DNA from: Octopus bimaculoides
Taxonomy: Eukaryota
Assembly (NCBI RefSeq): GCF_001194135.2
Contig: NC_068984.1
Coordinates: 59,092,323-59,156,322, forward strand
Length of the DNA stretch: 64,000 nucleotides
Reading direction: 5' to 3'
Below, piece by piece: positions 24,091-37,427 of this stretch (its first letter is position 1; each line of letters opens with the position of its first letter). Both the position numbers and the translations under genes were made by a program. The notes below the pieces were generated by a model. That model searched no databases, was not told where the DNA came from, and saw nothing but the letters and a program-made list of their open reading frames with translations.

Positions 24091-25759
24091 AGACCATCCA
24101 TCTTAGACTTTTTTTTTTGCAGACATAGGTTAAGCAATCACATAGAGACTCCCTCATTGTAAACTAACTGAAGTAGAAAATATCTGTTGAAAGGAGAAAT
24201 ATTGTATTCAGTGTGGCATGGAAACAATATTTCATACCATGGGCTATAGATAAGTAAATTAATAAAGCAACAAGCAGAAGGACAAGCACAGGCAAAACAG
24301 CAATTACATGTTAAATACACTGGTCTGGCAAAAAGAATTAACGTTAGACAAAAGAATATGGGAATTATTCATAATTATATAATTCATGGCATTTACTATA
24401 TGTTTATAATTATGTAATATATATTTCAAAGAAGTAAATAATATATAAATCATATATTTATAATTATATTCCATATAATTGGGAATAATAATATATATTA
24501 ATTATAATTATATGAAAAATTCCTAATTACAATTATAATTGCTTTAGTTTTTTTATTAATGTCCATTGTTTTTTTTTTGTTTTTTTTTCTGTTCTTTTTC
24601 CATTAGAAATTGAATCTACAGCATATGTTCTAGAATCTTTCTCTTTTTCTTGTTCTTTTCTTTTCTTCCCCCTTTCTCTTGCTCTTCTCTCTCCTTTCTT
24701 TCTCTCTCTTCCCCTCTCTCCCTCTCTTTATTTCATTTTTTTCTTATACACCTTAATACTCTCAGAAACTTGGCTTTCTTTTGCCTTTTTTCCTGATTTA
24801 TTTCCCATACACTGAAGTCTTTTTAATGAATATCATTCATATCAACCACCACTATTAGCTATCCTTTTATTTTTCATTATTAATCATTAATGAGCACCAT
24901 AAAGTAGAAAATAAGGCCCCAGCACACTAAATCTATGACCTGGTTTCTAGCTAGTTACTTCTGCTTATGCTACATTGCAAAAAGTATCTAGTGTTAGAAC
25001 TCACAATTCCTCCTCTTTCACTGATATGAAAATTCCAATGGTATGCTTTAAAATAATTTAGATATGTAATGCTAAGATGTCCACACTATATCCTGTTTGT
25101 AGTCCCAGAACCCCAGACTTTAATTAAGTTACAAAGTCTCAAAAATAAATCTTACAAGCTCAGATTATTTTATTTATTTAAGTAATGATAGTAACATTTC
25201 ATTGTAGTTACAATTCTTGCTTGTTGCTGTTTCACTTCACTTGTATTATCATTGTCATTATCCTTGAGAAAGGCATGATGATCATGCAATCTTATATCCT
25301 TCACACTACAAATCAAAAAGCAGAACAAAGCCAGCTACTAATCTACTTATCATTTATTTAGTCCAGACTGGAGATTGGAAACTTTTATGACATAGCATGC
25401 TAAATCAGCAAATTTTATATGCTATGCTTAGTGTTAATTAATCCAATGTTTCATGTGCTGTTACAGTACTTCCTTTTGGGTTCTCAATTTTCATAGTTAA
25501 AACATTTGTACTGTTCCGCATATAAAATTACCCTAATTTAGTAACATTTATATTCACATTGTAAAATTTTTTGAAAAAAATGATTTGATATTTCAATGAT
25601 AGCTTCATGCAAATTTACATGCCCCATTGAAAAGATACAGTAAGTCAGGCACTCAACTATAAATAAGGAAATGATAAAGCACACCACTGTTGTTGGGTAA
25701 AAATATTGCAAAAACAAAAAAAAAACTCATTTGTACGTTTTAATTCAAATTAAATATCA

Positions 25760-25924
25760 AGCACAGGCATGGCTGTGTGGTGAGAAGTTTGCTTTCAAAT
25801 CACATGGTTTCTGGTTCAGTCCCATCACATGACACTTTGGATAAGTGTCTTCTACTATAGCCCCAGGTCAGCTAAAGCCTTGTGAGTAGATTTGTTAAAT
25901 GGAAACTGAAAGAAGCCTGTCCTG

Positions 25925-25955
<31 letters not shown>

Positions 25956-26131
25956 TTGTGTGTGTGTGTGTGTGTGTGAGTGTATGTGTTTATGCGTGTT
26001 ACTGTCTCCTTTCTTTGACTTCATGCAATAGTTGTAAATGAATGTCAGTATTTTCCATGAAAGTGTCTGGTTATGGGAAAATATTACCTTATTTGGAAAC
26101 AGATGTGGGTTGGCAACAGGAAAGGCATCTG
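25760..26131 (+). mobile_element. SINE-A2 (SINE-A head + RTE-like tail), 3'-truncated
   Basis: GCACAGGCATGGCTGTGTGG head, (TA)(TG) tract, then GGAAAATATTACCTTATTTGGAAACAG...AAAGGCATC. Confidence 0.8.
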
Positions 26132-26139
26132 AGTGGTGA

Positions 26140-27191
26140 TATTTTTATAGGAAACTCTTGAAACATCACTTCCTAGGATGGACCAAATAGCAAAGTCTAT
26201 AGCATTGATATCTGGGCTGGAGTGGGACCACACATTCTTGCCCCAGAACCACTGAAATGGCTCCTGCACTACTGCTGTGTCACATTGGATATATAAGAAA
26301 GAGCACCATCTTGCGTGAACACGTAATTATCTCCAAATGCTTTGGTCACCCATGGCAAAACAGTATTCTCCAAAATTTATATGTAAATTGCTGAATTGAC
26401 TTCTGCCCCCACTCCCACTCTTTTTAATGCAAACCAGAGAATATTTTCCACCATTGGATGACACTGTTGGCCAAGCCATCACTCCAGTAGGTTTCATTTG
26501 GTGAAACACCTTATGGGCACCTTTGGGAACAGCATCAAACTCTGACCCAGATCCTGTCATTCTGGGTGTTCACTACAGCTTCCATGGTGAACATCTTTTC
26601 ATCCAACCAGATGAAGACATTGTCACTGGTGCTCTGAATCTCCTCTGCTATTTTCTTGAATCTGTTCAATTGCTTTGCTTTGGAAGCAGCAAAAATTAGG
26701 TGTCAGCATTGCAATTTTAATGGCTTACAATTTAAGTCTTCATGCATAACCCATCATAGGGTTGCCCTGGAGATATCAAGACTTTTAGTCATTTGTCACA
26801 TGCTCCACCATGAACTTTGAGACACTCTCTTTCAAACAACATCCACCAATTGTTTCATCCTTATGGATCGTTTTTGACCAGGAATGGGCTTGTTGTCCAT
26901 TGAACCTGTCTCACTGTAGAGATTCATGGCATTATAGACTGTTTTGGCTTCAATACCAACTCTTGATACCACATATTTGGTACTATCCTGTTTTTTTCAG
27001 AGCTACAGTCTCACTTCACTTGTTAGCTGCCATATTGAAACGTTTTACCCACCGAATGTAAACAAACAATGGAGTGTATATGAACAATTGATTGCCAAGG
27101 AGCACATTTTAATTATTTTTGTGTGATTTCAAACTAAATTTAATAAAATAAGCTTATTTAAATAATTGAGAATTCTTTACGGTACATCCTG
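26140..27191 (-). mobile_element. Tc1/mariner DD37D (maT-type) transposon, decayed, 3' end missing
   Basis: TIR TA|CAGGATGTACC at 27191; WLDEKMFT (~26600), VFTQDGA, W..SSPDINAIDFAIWSIL. 37 residues between the 2nd and 3rd D after restoring a 1-nt frameshift; many stops. Confidence 0.88.
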
Positions 27192-27257
27192 TACAACTGA
27201 GATTTCAATGGACTAAACAGTAAAAGAATTATATATTTTACATGAGTAAAAATCAAA

Positions 27258-27681
27258 ATCATTATCATCATCATTTAACAACCGCTTTTTCATGCTCACA
27301 TGGGTCAGATGGCAGATTTTCTATTGCTAGATACTCTTCCTGTTATCAACTGTCACCTGTTTCCATGTAAGGTATTATTCCCCATAACCAGATATGTTTT
27401 CATGGAAGATTCGAAACAAATGACACAACTTGCATGACACTGACATTCATTACAACTATCACATGAATTTACAACAAGGAGACAGTCATACACACACACA
27501 CACATGCATTTAGATATACAACAGGCCTCTTTTAGTTTCCTTCTTCAAAATTCACTCATAAGGCTTTGGTTTGCTCAGGGCTATAGTAGAAGGCATTTTC
27601 CCAAAGTGCCATGCTATAGAACTGAACCAAACACCATGTAGTTGGAAAGCAAACATCTGCCACATAGCAATAGCTGCACCT
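27258..27681 (-). mobile_element. SINE-A2, full length, decayed
   Basis: (ATC) tail, TTTTTCATGCTCACATGGG, CACCTGTTTCC..AAGGTA, (CA)n, then SINE-A head in reverse. Confidence 0.8.
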
Positions 27682-30600
27682 CTGGTAAGTTTTCAAGTAT
27701 AAAAGCCCTGAATAACAAAACTCTTTATATACAAAATATAAATCAGAGTTACACAACAGGTGACTAATGACCTATCACTCTATGATATGTACTAAATTTG
27801 AAAGTATTTTATATTCATAATGTTAGAGATATAACTGTAATTAACCAAGGGATAACTTATCAGACTGATGACAAAAAGTGTTCAGTGCATGCAAGATCTG
27901 TTCTTTTATGACCCTGACATACCTGTAGTTTTGAGCATAATTGCACTTACCACCTGTTACAGTGCAATCCTAACATATTTCAGATTTGAACTACTGCTAT
28001 TTTGATTCTTTATAAAAATCTTATACTGGTTTAGGTATAGCTAAGAAGAGATGAAGATAATTACAAGCAATATCTGATGCTCCAATGACAGTTGAATTAT
28101 AAACATTTAAATTCTAGTTAGCCTTCATACAATGGCCATTCAAATTACAATCCCAAATTAACAGTGGCATGTCTGGTTACTAGTATTTCAGTTTTCCTTT
28201 GATATAATTGTTTCTTTTTTTAAACATAAATTTGCTTTACAGTAAAGTTAAATGTATAATATAAGTAATTTAACTGACATTTGCTGTTAGATACCACTCA
28301 TAATTAAATTAGTGTAAGAAAAAAATACACAAAATTGGGCAAAAAAAAATTAAAAAGCAAAACCATAAACCTCTGTGTTTTAAGGTTAACATTCTCACTT
28401 GCATCAACAAATACATACAATATTGCCTTTGGAAAGTTAATTGTATGATCATATAGAGGTGGAATTCATTAAAAATGAAATCAACACGAAGAAAGTATAA
28501 TGTGAACCAGTGAAAGTATAATGTGAACCAAAATTACTTCTTGTCTCATTAAATTAAAATTATTGCCACCATATAGAAATCTGATATTTTATTCATGTCC
28601 CTATCAAATGAGTCGATCCTTTGACTATTACAAGTCATAAGAGTAGTAATTGTTGAATGTAAACTAATATCTTATTAAAATAATTATTTAATAACTCTAC
28701 TGCTTCTCTAATTTATTTACAGAAAAGAAAAAACATCAATGTTATATGTAAAGGATTAGAAATAGTTTCTTTTTATTCCACCACTAACAGCACCTCCATT
28801 CACTTTCTTTCTCTATCTATCTATCCGTCTATCTCTCTTATATATCTGTCTATCTATTTCTTTCTCTCTATATATGTGTGTGTCTATGTATATATGTGTG
28901 TCTCTGCATATGTGTGTGTGTATATATGCATGCATGTGTATGTATGTATATGTGTGTGTGTATGTTTATATAAACTCTCTCTTTCTCTCTCATCCACGTA
29001 TGTGTGTATGTCTTTATTTGTGTGTGTGTATGATGAGATGTACATAAGTGCACACCAATATTCTTGGATACATGGTAAGAAAAACCTCATCGAAAGAGAA
29101 AGAGAAAGCAACATATGTTGGAATATTGATATTCCTTTACGAATTCTCATTTTCTATGGAACTGGTCAGCATACCTTTGTCATGTTATGTAAATAGATGG
29201 CAAGTAGGCTATTGTAGCTAGCCATTAAGTGGGTCATACTAAACCGGTATCTATTGTTGTGGCTAACTGTCTTACAAAATATACATGTGAAACAAGCAAT
29301 AGATTAAGAGAGGAAGTTACCGAGAACTTGCAATAACTGTGATGAGACATGTCATGTTGTGTTGTAGGCAAAGATAGAAGAGATGATAACAACAATAATA
29401 ACATCAAACAGCAACAGTTGCAACAGCAGTAGCAACAAGATATTCTGCTAACAGAGTTGAGAATGACAAGTGGAAGTAGAAGGCTACAAAAGAAATTAAT
29501 CAATATATGTAAAATGGTCTGTGCGATAAAATGAAGTGAAAAATTATTATTGATGTTGATTGGGTCAGGGTTATATATTTCATTTAATATTTTCTTCTAT
29601 GAAACCAATGGAAGTATATAAATATGAATGTTAGAAAAAAAATCAACATGAACAAAATGTGGGAGTGTCATAATGAAAAAGAGTGAGAAATAAAATGGGT
29701 GGGAAAGAGAAAGATGCACTGTGAAAGTAAATGTTAAGACGAAATGAGTAGTTAAATAGATATGTGTTGAAGGAAGGAAAGTATTTGATGATGTGAAACT
29801 AATACACATGAGAGAGAGAGAGAGTTAAGAGTGTATTTCTTGATATATAGAAATTGTATGATGCAAGAAAAAAATGAGGAAAAGAAATAGATGACAACAG
29901 AAGAAAAATAAATGGAGAATGAAAGAAGAGAGGAGTAAAAGAGAGAATGGATGGATGGAATGAAAAGTGAAATGTATGTGAGTAGGCAGTTATACTCCAT
30001 CCAACTGAGTTGAGAGCAGGAACTAATCAATAAAAGCAGTATGCAATTTGTTTGAACTACTAGTTAAGCACAGTGATATTAAACGATGAACTGGCTGAAT
30101 AATAGCTAAATATTAGCCAGGTTTACAACTTAGTATGTAAATGACAGAGATAGTTCTAGACATCTGGTCATGGATCTACCTAAGTTTCTTCCTGCTTTTT
30201 TTTTTTCTTGTTCTGTTTTACTATCGTTCTACTCCAAGAGAGACATACCACTCCATCTTTCACTTTGTTGCATGGCTAGTGGCAATTGTCCTTCTGTTTT
30301 TTATTTCATTTAAATTGAATATGGATTTTGCCACTGGTATGGATTGAGGTAAAATAAGGTATTAAGAATTTCTATAAAAAATGAATAGACAAATAAATGA
30401 AATGAAGATTATTGGTTGATTTGTTTCATGTTAAATTGTTGCAATAAAAATATCTAGAAAAATTAATCAATAAGGCTTTCATTGGTTCAACTTTGTTTCC
30501 GTGGAATCGGCAAGATGAAATGAAGGATATAATCAATAAGGTGGTTATTGAACAACTAGTATAGCAAATCGATTTTGAAATTAGTCCCAAAAATTAACTA

Positions 30601-30969
30601 CTGCTCACTTATATGACAATGATTCAATTAAATGCATTGTTGTGTTAAAGAATTCCTATTACAATAAACTCTAATTATCACAATGTATTAATCATTCTAA
30701 CTTTTTTTATAAATTACCCTTTCTTTTTATGTTTATTAGTCTCTATCACTCTTATGTGTTCATTTCTATAGCATATATAGTTATTTCAAAAATATGTCTG
30801 GAATTTGAACAGAATTATTTCCCCTTTCTATTGATGTCAGTCGTCTTGAGGCAGATTATCTGCATTTAAAATGCTTCTTTCTGATTGTTTTTGTTGAGGA
30901 ATTAACAGAAGTGATGCAGTTACACTATTTTCGAAAGGTTGCCAAACCTTCCCATTTCAACTAATACTA

Positions 30970-32639
30970 CCATGAAACGGGGTTACTTTGATCAGTTTTA
31001 AACTTCTTATTGCAATAATTTCATGACCTTTTTTTCAATCTTAACTAAATTTCACTTCGTTGGGGGGACTAAATAGGTAAACTGATATATGAAATAAAAA
31101 TAGGTTGCAGTTAATATTTGATTACTTTTTTTTATATACTTGTCACTGTTCAAAGTAACCCCTGACTTGGGGTTACTTTGAACAGTAATGTTTTTTATTA
31201 ACAAATACAAAAGCAAAATCAATGAACAGCTTTAAGTGTTATAGCACTAAAGAAAATGTCACACAGTTATCAGTAAGTCACATTTTATATTCCCCATTTT
31301 TGTTCAAGGTCAGGGAATCGATAGAAACCCCTGTTGTTCAGTGGAATCTCTTTTATTTTCATTTCTACCACATCTTCCCAGTTGTAGACAAGTTTATCCG
31401 CCTTCAGTGGCCACCTCCACCCTACCTTTTTACATTTTGTCACTGACACAAGTTCTCCATCACTTCCAGTTGAAATCACTTGACCGGGAAATGTTTGTCT
31501 TTCATACCTCACAATAACAAAGTTTCCAACAAAACTACTTTGTCTTTCTGTGTTTTCTGCTTTTGCCATGTCTGAAGTACCCAAGTACCTGTCACATTCA
31601 TTCATAGAAACATCACTATCTACCTCTTCATCATGCAAATTCTCTTGCTGCTCTCTTTCTCCATGCTTCTCTATAACTGTTGATGAACTGGTGGCCATCA
31701 TCTCACTGCCAGAAGCACTGATATCCTCAGCACTTATACTTCTGCCAGGGGTAACATTCAACTTCTTTTGTCTCTTCTTTGGTCTGCTCTCATCCACCCC
31801 TCTCATTGACTTTGGCATTCCCAACACAACATCCGAAACTCTTACATTGATGACTTCATCATCCTCTTAGCTCACTTCATGGTCTGGTAGCTGATCCAAA
31901 ACTGTCTAGATGAAAAGGGTGAATTCCACATTTCATGAATCCATTCCAGATTCTTGCTGTGAGTGACACTGTCAGAAAAGAGAGCAGCATGCAGCTGTGT
32001 GAGCAGAGCAGGAAAAGCATCTTTAGTTAAGGTCATTGAATTCTTCCTGCCATAAGCCTTCCAATCATTTAAGATTTTTCTCCAACTTTTTTTTTAAGAG
32101 GCCCATGGAATGCTACATCAAGTGGTTGAAGCACGTGTGTGGAATTGGGTGGTAGAAGCTTGCTTACTACCAGAAACAGTGATCGGGGTTACTCTGAACA
32201 GTGTTCAAAGTAACCCTGTTGGATAATCAAAGTGGGGAAATGTCATGTTATACAAGTTTTTACAAAGATACCAAAGTTATAAAAACACTTCAATAGAAAA
32301 TTATTAACGAGTTATATTAACCTCATATTTTAACAAAAGCTTGTATCTTTTATGCAAGAAGTGCTTTAGCTACTGACAAAAGTATTCATATCTTGCAAAA
32401 ATGTTTGTTTTGCTGGAATTTGAAGAAGCTGACAAATTCTTTCTTTGGGTGATTAATCAAAGTTATATTAACAAATTTTACATTATGTATTGAAATTATA
32501 CCATCATAGAAATATAATTCTAAAGTTTAACAACATATTTAAACAATTCTGTAAAAAATTTTAGTAACAAGAAATAAAAGGAAACAAAATATATTTTGTT
32601 CAAAGTTACCCCGGTGTTCAAAGTAACCCCATTTCATGG
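30970..32639 (-). mobile_element. pogo-family DNA transposon, internal deletion derivative with TIRs and TA TSD
   Basis: TA|CCATGAAACGGGGTTACTTTGA ... TCAAAGTAACCCCATTTCATGG|TA; minus strand LPPNSTHVLQPLDVAFHGPLKK (DDE_1 third Asp) at ~32100-32160; the N-terminal and catalytic part is deleted. Confidence 0.92.
31285..32165 (-). pseudogene. pogo transposase C-terminal remnant
   Basis: LPPNSTHVLQPLDV...KCGIHPF...VLDQLPD* then the open 31285-31827 segment PKKRQKKLNVTPGRSI...VGNFVIVRYE..FPG.V...WRWP..D; frameshifts and a stop. Confidence 0.85.
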
Positions 32640-32654
32640 TACATATAAATTTAC

Positions 32655-32770
32655 ATGAGCCAAGAGGTAATTCTGGATGGTCTCTCAATCTGCTAGAAAT
32701 AACAGACGTTTCACACATACCCCTACTATTTAAATATAAAAAGGACATATTAGATAATGTGTCTATCAGC
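32655..32770 (+). repeat. Family D fragment
   Basis: CAATCTGCTAGAAATAACAG...AAAGGACATATTAGATAATGT. Confidence 0.55.
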
Positions 32771-33806
32771 ATACTGTGTGAAACAAAAACAGGATCTTTG
32801 CTTTCATTTGTTAAAGAACTACAAGAAAATTCAGCCAACAGTATTGTATACTATGAATCAGTAGCAAAATGTTTAAGTGAATATATCACCTCAAATTATT
32901 CTGATGTTTCCAAAGGCATTGTTACAAAGAAATTTGCAGATGAAACAAATGATAGGGCTTCTTTGAAAGGGGCTGAAAAATTTAGGATAGAAGTCCTAAA
33001 TCAAGTTTATGACTGCTTGATAATCCAATTAAGGAAGAGGACAGACCCATATGAGCAGATTGTGAAAACGTTCAAGTTTCTCTCAGAATTGATGAACAAT
33101 TCAGAATTTGATGAGAACAGTATCAAACTTACAATATCGCATTACAAAGACGATATTGACCACAAATTAATAAATGAGTGTTATCAGTTCAAAGAGTATT
33201 TACACCTTAGGAAATCCCAGAACACAGAAGAAAACACAGCATCTAAAATGCAATGCACAGAAGTTCTTCAGCTTATTTATGAGCAACAATTAATTGAAGT
33301 GTCCTCTAATATTACCACTGCAAATAAGCTGTACTTGACAATGTCTATCATGAGCTGTGAATCAGAAAGGAGTTCCTCAGAGCTTTCCTTTGTAAAGAAT
33401 GAATTTTGGTTTACCATGACTGATGAGTGCTGAAATTCTTTATGTATATTGTCTCTAGAGAATGACATTGCAAGGAAGCTGCTCTATGACAAAACTGTTG
33501 CTACAAAAAACAGAAAAAAGAGTATTTTGTAATTTTCATATGTATCTTAATGATGCATCATGCATGTATATAACAGTTCCCTAATTTTCAACTCCCATAA
33601 CTCTAAAATTCACTTTCAGACTCATTTTTAAGGACTCCACATCACAACTCCACCATTTGAGCTATCAGGGCCTCCAGCTGGAGTACCTTGCAAGGGCACG
33701 AAAATTTTTTGACTCTTGTTGGATGTTATCCTACTGTTGCTGGTTGTAAAGGGGGCCTCCATTACATTTTAAGCTTCAGGGCCCCAATATTGTAGATCTG
33801 TCACTG
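32770..33806 (+). mobile_element. hAT transposon 3' fragment (C-terminal dimerisation region + terminus)
   Basis: KFRIEVLNQVYDCLIIQLRKR, NITTANKLYLTMSIMSCESERSSSELSFVKN...TMTDEC*NSLCILSLENDIAR (cf. LTLPVTSCE.ERSFS.L..IK..LRSTM..ERL..L..LSIE); terminus GGGCCCCAATATTGTAGATCTGTCACTG at 33806. Confidence 0.9.
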
Positions 33807-35087
33807 GGTCAAGGACTGATCAAAAGTTAAACAACATACACATACTATACTTAGTAACTGTAGTGATTGCAGAAATTAATACCTTTTTTTCCTTTGTTTT
33901 TCTCAATGGTTTAATCAGGGAAGGGCTGCACCCATGACCCTTTTACATGAATTCTGAGACCAGTGGGAGGAAAATGGAAAAAGAAACTATGGCTTATGTA
34001 GTGAGCAACACAACCATCCTCAGCTTGGTAACATGGCTCAAATGTTTACAACAGGGTGGTCTCTGCTGAAGGCACCTAAGGATCAGTAACAGTATTGAAT
34101 TAGATAATGGATTATATCTACCACCCACGTGTGTGTAATCTTATCTTTTTCTCTCTCTAAAGATCCATATTCTTACAGCTGTGATTGTTATTTTTCATTC
34201 TTTGAAACTCTGTAACAGAATATGAAACTGAAGAAAAGGAACCATTGCCATTCATTGAGATTTAGATAGACAATTTGTGAGAGTCACTCACAGGAGTTTT
34301 GAAAAGTCTTACATATTTCAGTAACTGTTTTACTTGCAGACTGAACTTACAGAATTCATGTGAAGAATTATTTTTTATCTTTGTAAAAATCTCAGCTTTT
34401 TAAGATTTTATATCAGCCAAACAAACTGGAACAGGCAGAGTTGTGCATTTGCTTAGAGACAAATCTCATAATTACAAATGTTGTAGTCATAAGGTTTGAA
34501 CTCATGATCTTAAAGTCAATAGTACAGCAGCTTCACCTTACAGCAATTGAATTATCACTATAAATGTATTAACATTAATACATAAGGAAAATTCCATAAA
34601 TGTTTGCAGAAAACAATGTAATTGTACAACTGTTTGAAATCATGGAAAAATAGTTCAACTTGTTATATTTACTAATTATTTTTATCTTTTCATTGATACA
34701 ACTCTGCTATATTGAAATATAATCTAGAATGAAGAAACAAGATACATATTTTCTATCATTATTCTCTGTATCTACCTTAGTTTAGTGATAATACCCTCTT
34801 AATCTTTGGAGAATAGTTTCTCTGTCTGGATTATAATCAATATCATTTGATGTTGGGTGTTAGGTAATTGTACAATCAAAAGAATTTTTATGTCTGACAA
34901 CAGATCTCTAAATGAAGCCAAATCAAAACATCAATTAGCTCTTCTGAAGAGTAGCTGTACTGTGTGGAGAGAAATCTCTTCATTTTAAACACCAGTGAAT
35001 CATGAAGGATGCTTCTAGCTTACTACATTGCATTTTATCTGGAAATTGTTGACTCTGTTTATAAACATCCTCGTTTCATTCACCATA

Positions 35088-35470
35088 AGTGCAGGCATAG
35101 CTATATGGTTGAGAAGCTTGTTTCCAACCACACAGCCAAGGTGTTGGTCTTGGGTTCAGTCTCACTGAGCGGAACCTTGGGAAAGTGTCTTCTACTATAG
35201 GCCCAGACCAACCAAAACCTTGTGAGTGGATTTGGTACATGGAGACTGAAAGAAGCCCTTTATGCATGTGTGTCTTTGTATTTATGTTATGTTTGTCACC
35301 AACCACCACCACTTGACAACTGCTGTTTACTTACATCACTGTAACTTAGCAGTTCAGCAGAAGAGAACAATAGAATAAGTGCTAGGCTCAAAAATAAGTA
35401 CTTGGGTCAATTTATTCAACTAAACCCCAGCATGCCCGTAGTCCAATGACTAAAGTAAAAAAAAATAAAG
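35088..35470 (+). mobile_element. SINE-A
   Basis: GGGTTCAGTCTCACTG, ACCTTGGGAAAGTGTCTTCTACTATAG, GTAACTTAGCAGTTCAGC, GTCCAATGACT. Confidence 0.88.
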
Positions 35471-35674
35471 GTAAGTGCAAGACATCAAAACTCTACAGAT
35501 TATGGCTCCACATTGAATACAAAGCAGTTTTCTAAATAATAAATTATCTATAAGCTGTTTATTTAATTCCTACCATGAAGATGATGATAATCTCCTTGCA
35601 ACCTGAGACATGGATTATATTCCTCAGACATGGATTAGATTCCTGACAGAGTCATTTCACTTCATTTCTGTGTT

Positions 35675-35885
35675 TGATGTTTGGTGTTACTGGTTTAGTC
35701 CTGGATCAATTTTGATCGAACAGACCTCTGATCAGTGACATTCCTGCATAAACATTCCACCTTATTTAAACAGTATGTGCAGATAATGTGAGCCCTCTTC
35801 TTTTCTTTCTTTTAGATGATAGGCTGAGATTTGCGAAAAATTTCAGCTATTATTTCTATCAAATCAGATACCTATGTTGAGGCCT
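35675..35885 (-). repeat. Family D
   Basis: GGTTTAGTCCTGGATCAAT...CAGCTATTATTTCTATC. Confidence 0.55.
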
Positions 35886-36674
35886 GTGGTTTATAATAAT
35901 AATCACTATATAGTAATCAATAACCAATAACTTGGAGAGTATAGATTGGCTCTTCCAGAAAAACTTTGTTCTTAACACATTACTTCTGGATAAAGAGGTT
36001 CTTAAGTGATGGCTCACAATGAGTTATAGAACACTTTCATTTCAGTCCTATCTCAAGATTACACTTACTTTTAACCAAAATTCTACATGCATACACACAC
36101 CCACCCACACATAAACACCTACCTGTCATTGCTAAGCACTCTCTCTCTCTCATAGACACATGCACATACACACAGCCACACATCACTGCCTTTATTGTAC
36201 TGTATAACATTCACACTTAGTTGTTTATTAGGAAGTTAGAGTAAGTTGTATTATAAAAATAAGTTGTTATATTTGCATTAAAAGTGAAATCAAATAGTTT
36301 ATTACATAAATTGGAAAATACAACTCAATAGTTTTTATATATCTATGAGCTTAGGAGACTCACTACCCTCAAGAAACTTGTATTGAATTTTTGATTTCTT
36401 GTTATTTAACCTACTAATCTGCTCTCTCGTCTCTTCTCTCTCCCTCCTTCTCTCTCTTTGCTATCCTCTTTCTCTCCCTCTCTCCCTCTCTCTCTCACTC
36501 TCACTTTCTCTCAAATTTGGAACTATTATTTCACATCATCACAAGCATCCAGAATCTACCTTTAAGCCCACTAGCTTAACAGACAGAACTCTTTTATATC
36601 ATTCATAAATAACCCCATGACTGTGATTGAGTCTGGCAGGAAAGCATGTTTGTTGCCTTAGATTTATCTTCATA

Positions 36675-37005
36675 TCAGAAGATAAGACAAACAGTGGATT
36701 GCAGAGGACAATGAAAATAGGAGAGAATGGAATGAACAGCTATGAAGAGAAATGGGATGAATTGTGTGGTTCGTGTGCTGAGGAAGGATCAATGTGATTG
36801 GGTGAGATGAGCAATAGAAATGGGTGTGGATGGAAGGAGAGGAGTGGAACAAGAAGACTAAGAAATACATGGATAAAATGGACAGAGAAGATTGTGAAGG
36901 TGAAGGGGTAGACAAGGTGGGATGTAGAGGATAGGGCAAAATGGAGACACCTGTCATGGATACCACAAAGCAAACCACTACTTTGGCAGGGAAAATGGCC
37001 CTAAA
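36675..37005 (+). mobile_element. RTE-clade LINE 3' fragment, decayed
   Basis: VLRKDQCDWVR*AIEMGVDGRRG...RNTW...VEDRAKWR resembles the RTE C-terminus. Confidence 0.6.
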
Positions 37006-37427
37006 ATTTTTGTTGCTACTTCTGCTGCTGCAGTTGTTGTTGTTGCTGTTGTTGTTGTTGTTGAGGTGTTTGTAGAATATTGATAAATTCAGTTGCTATT
37101 ATGTAAAAAAAGATGTGGCAGTGTTGTTGGTTTGGCTTTAGCTATTGAACTTAGTGATATTTTATAAACCCTTATTTGGATTAATTACTGTCAATGCAGA
37201 TCCTCCCTTGTGTCCTCATATTCCAGACTTTGCCTTGTTGTTTTGCAAAGTCAACTGTCTACTTTTAATAAACAATTTTCATTCTGTTACATTCTGTTTC
37301 AATGTAAACATTTACTATTCTCTGTTATTTTTTATTTGTTCCATCTTATCTCTAAAAGGCTTGAAATGTTCACATCTATAGTGTTATCCATTAACAGAGC
37401 CTTGTTTTACATTCTTCTAAAGTAGAG

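Noticed and set aside
24359-24524. Imperfect AT-only inverted repeat
   Set aside because: Low-complexity ATAATTAT sequence self-pairs trivially; no TSD.
31550-31870. 106-aa plus-strand ORF
   Set aside because: Antisense shadow of the pogo ORF.
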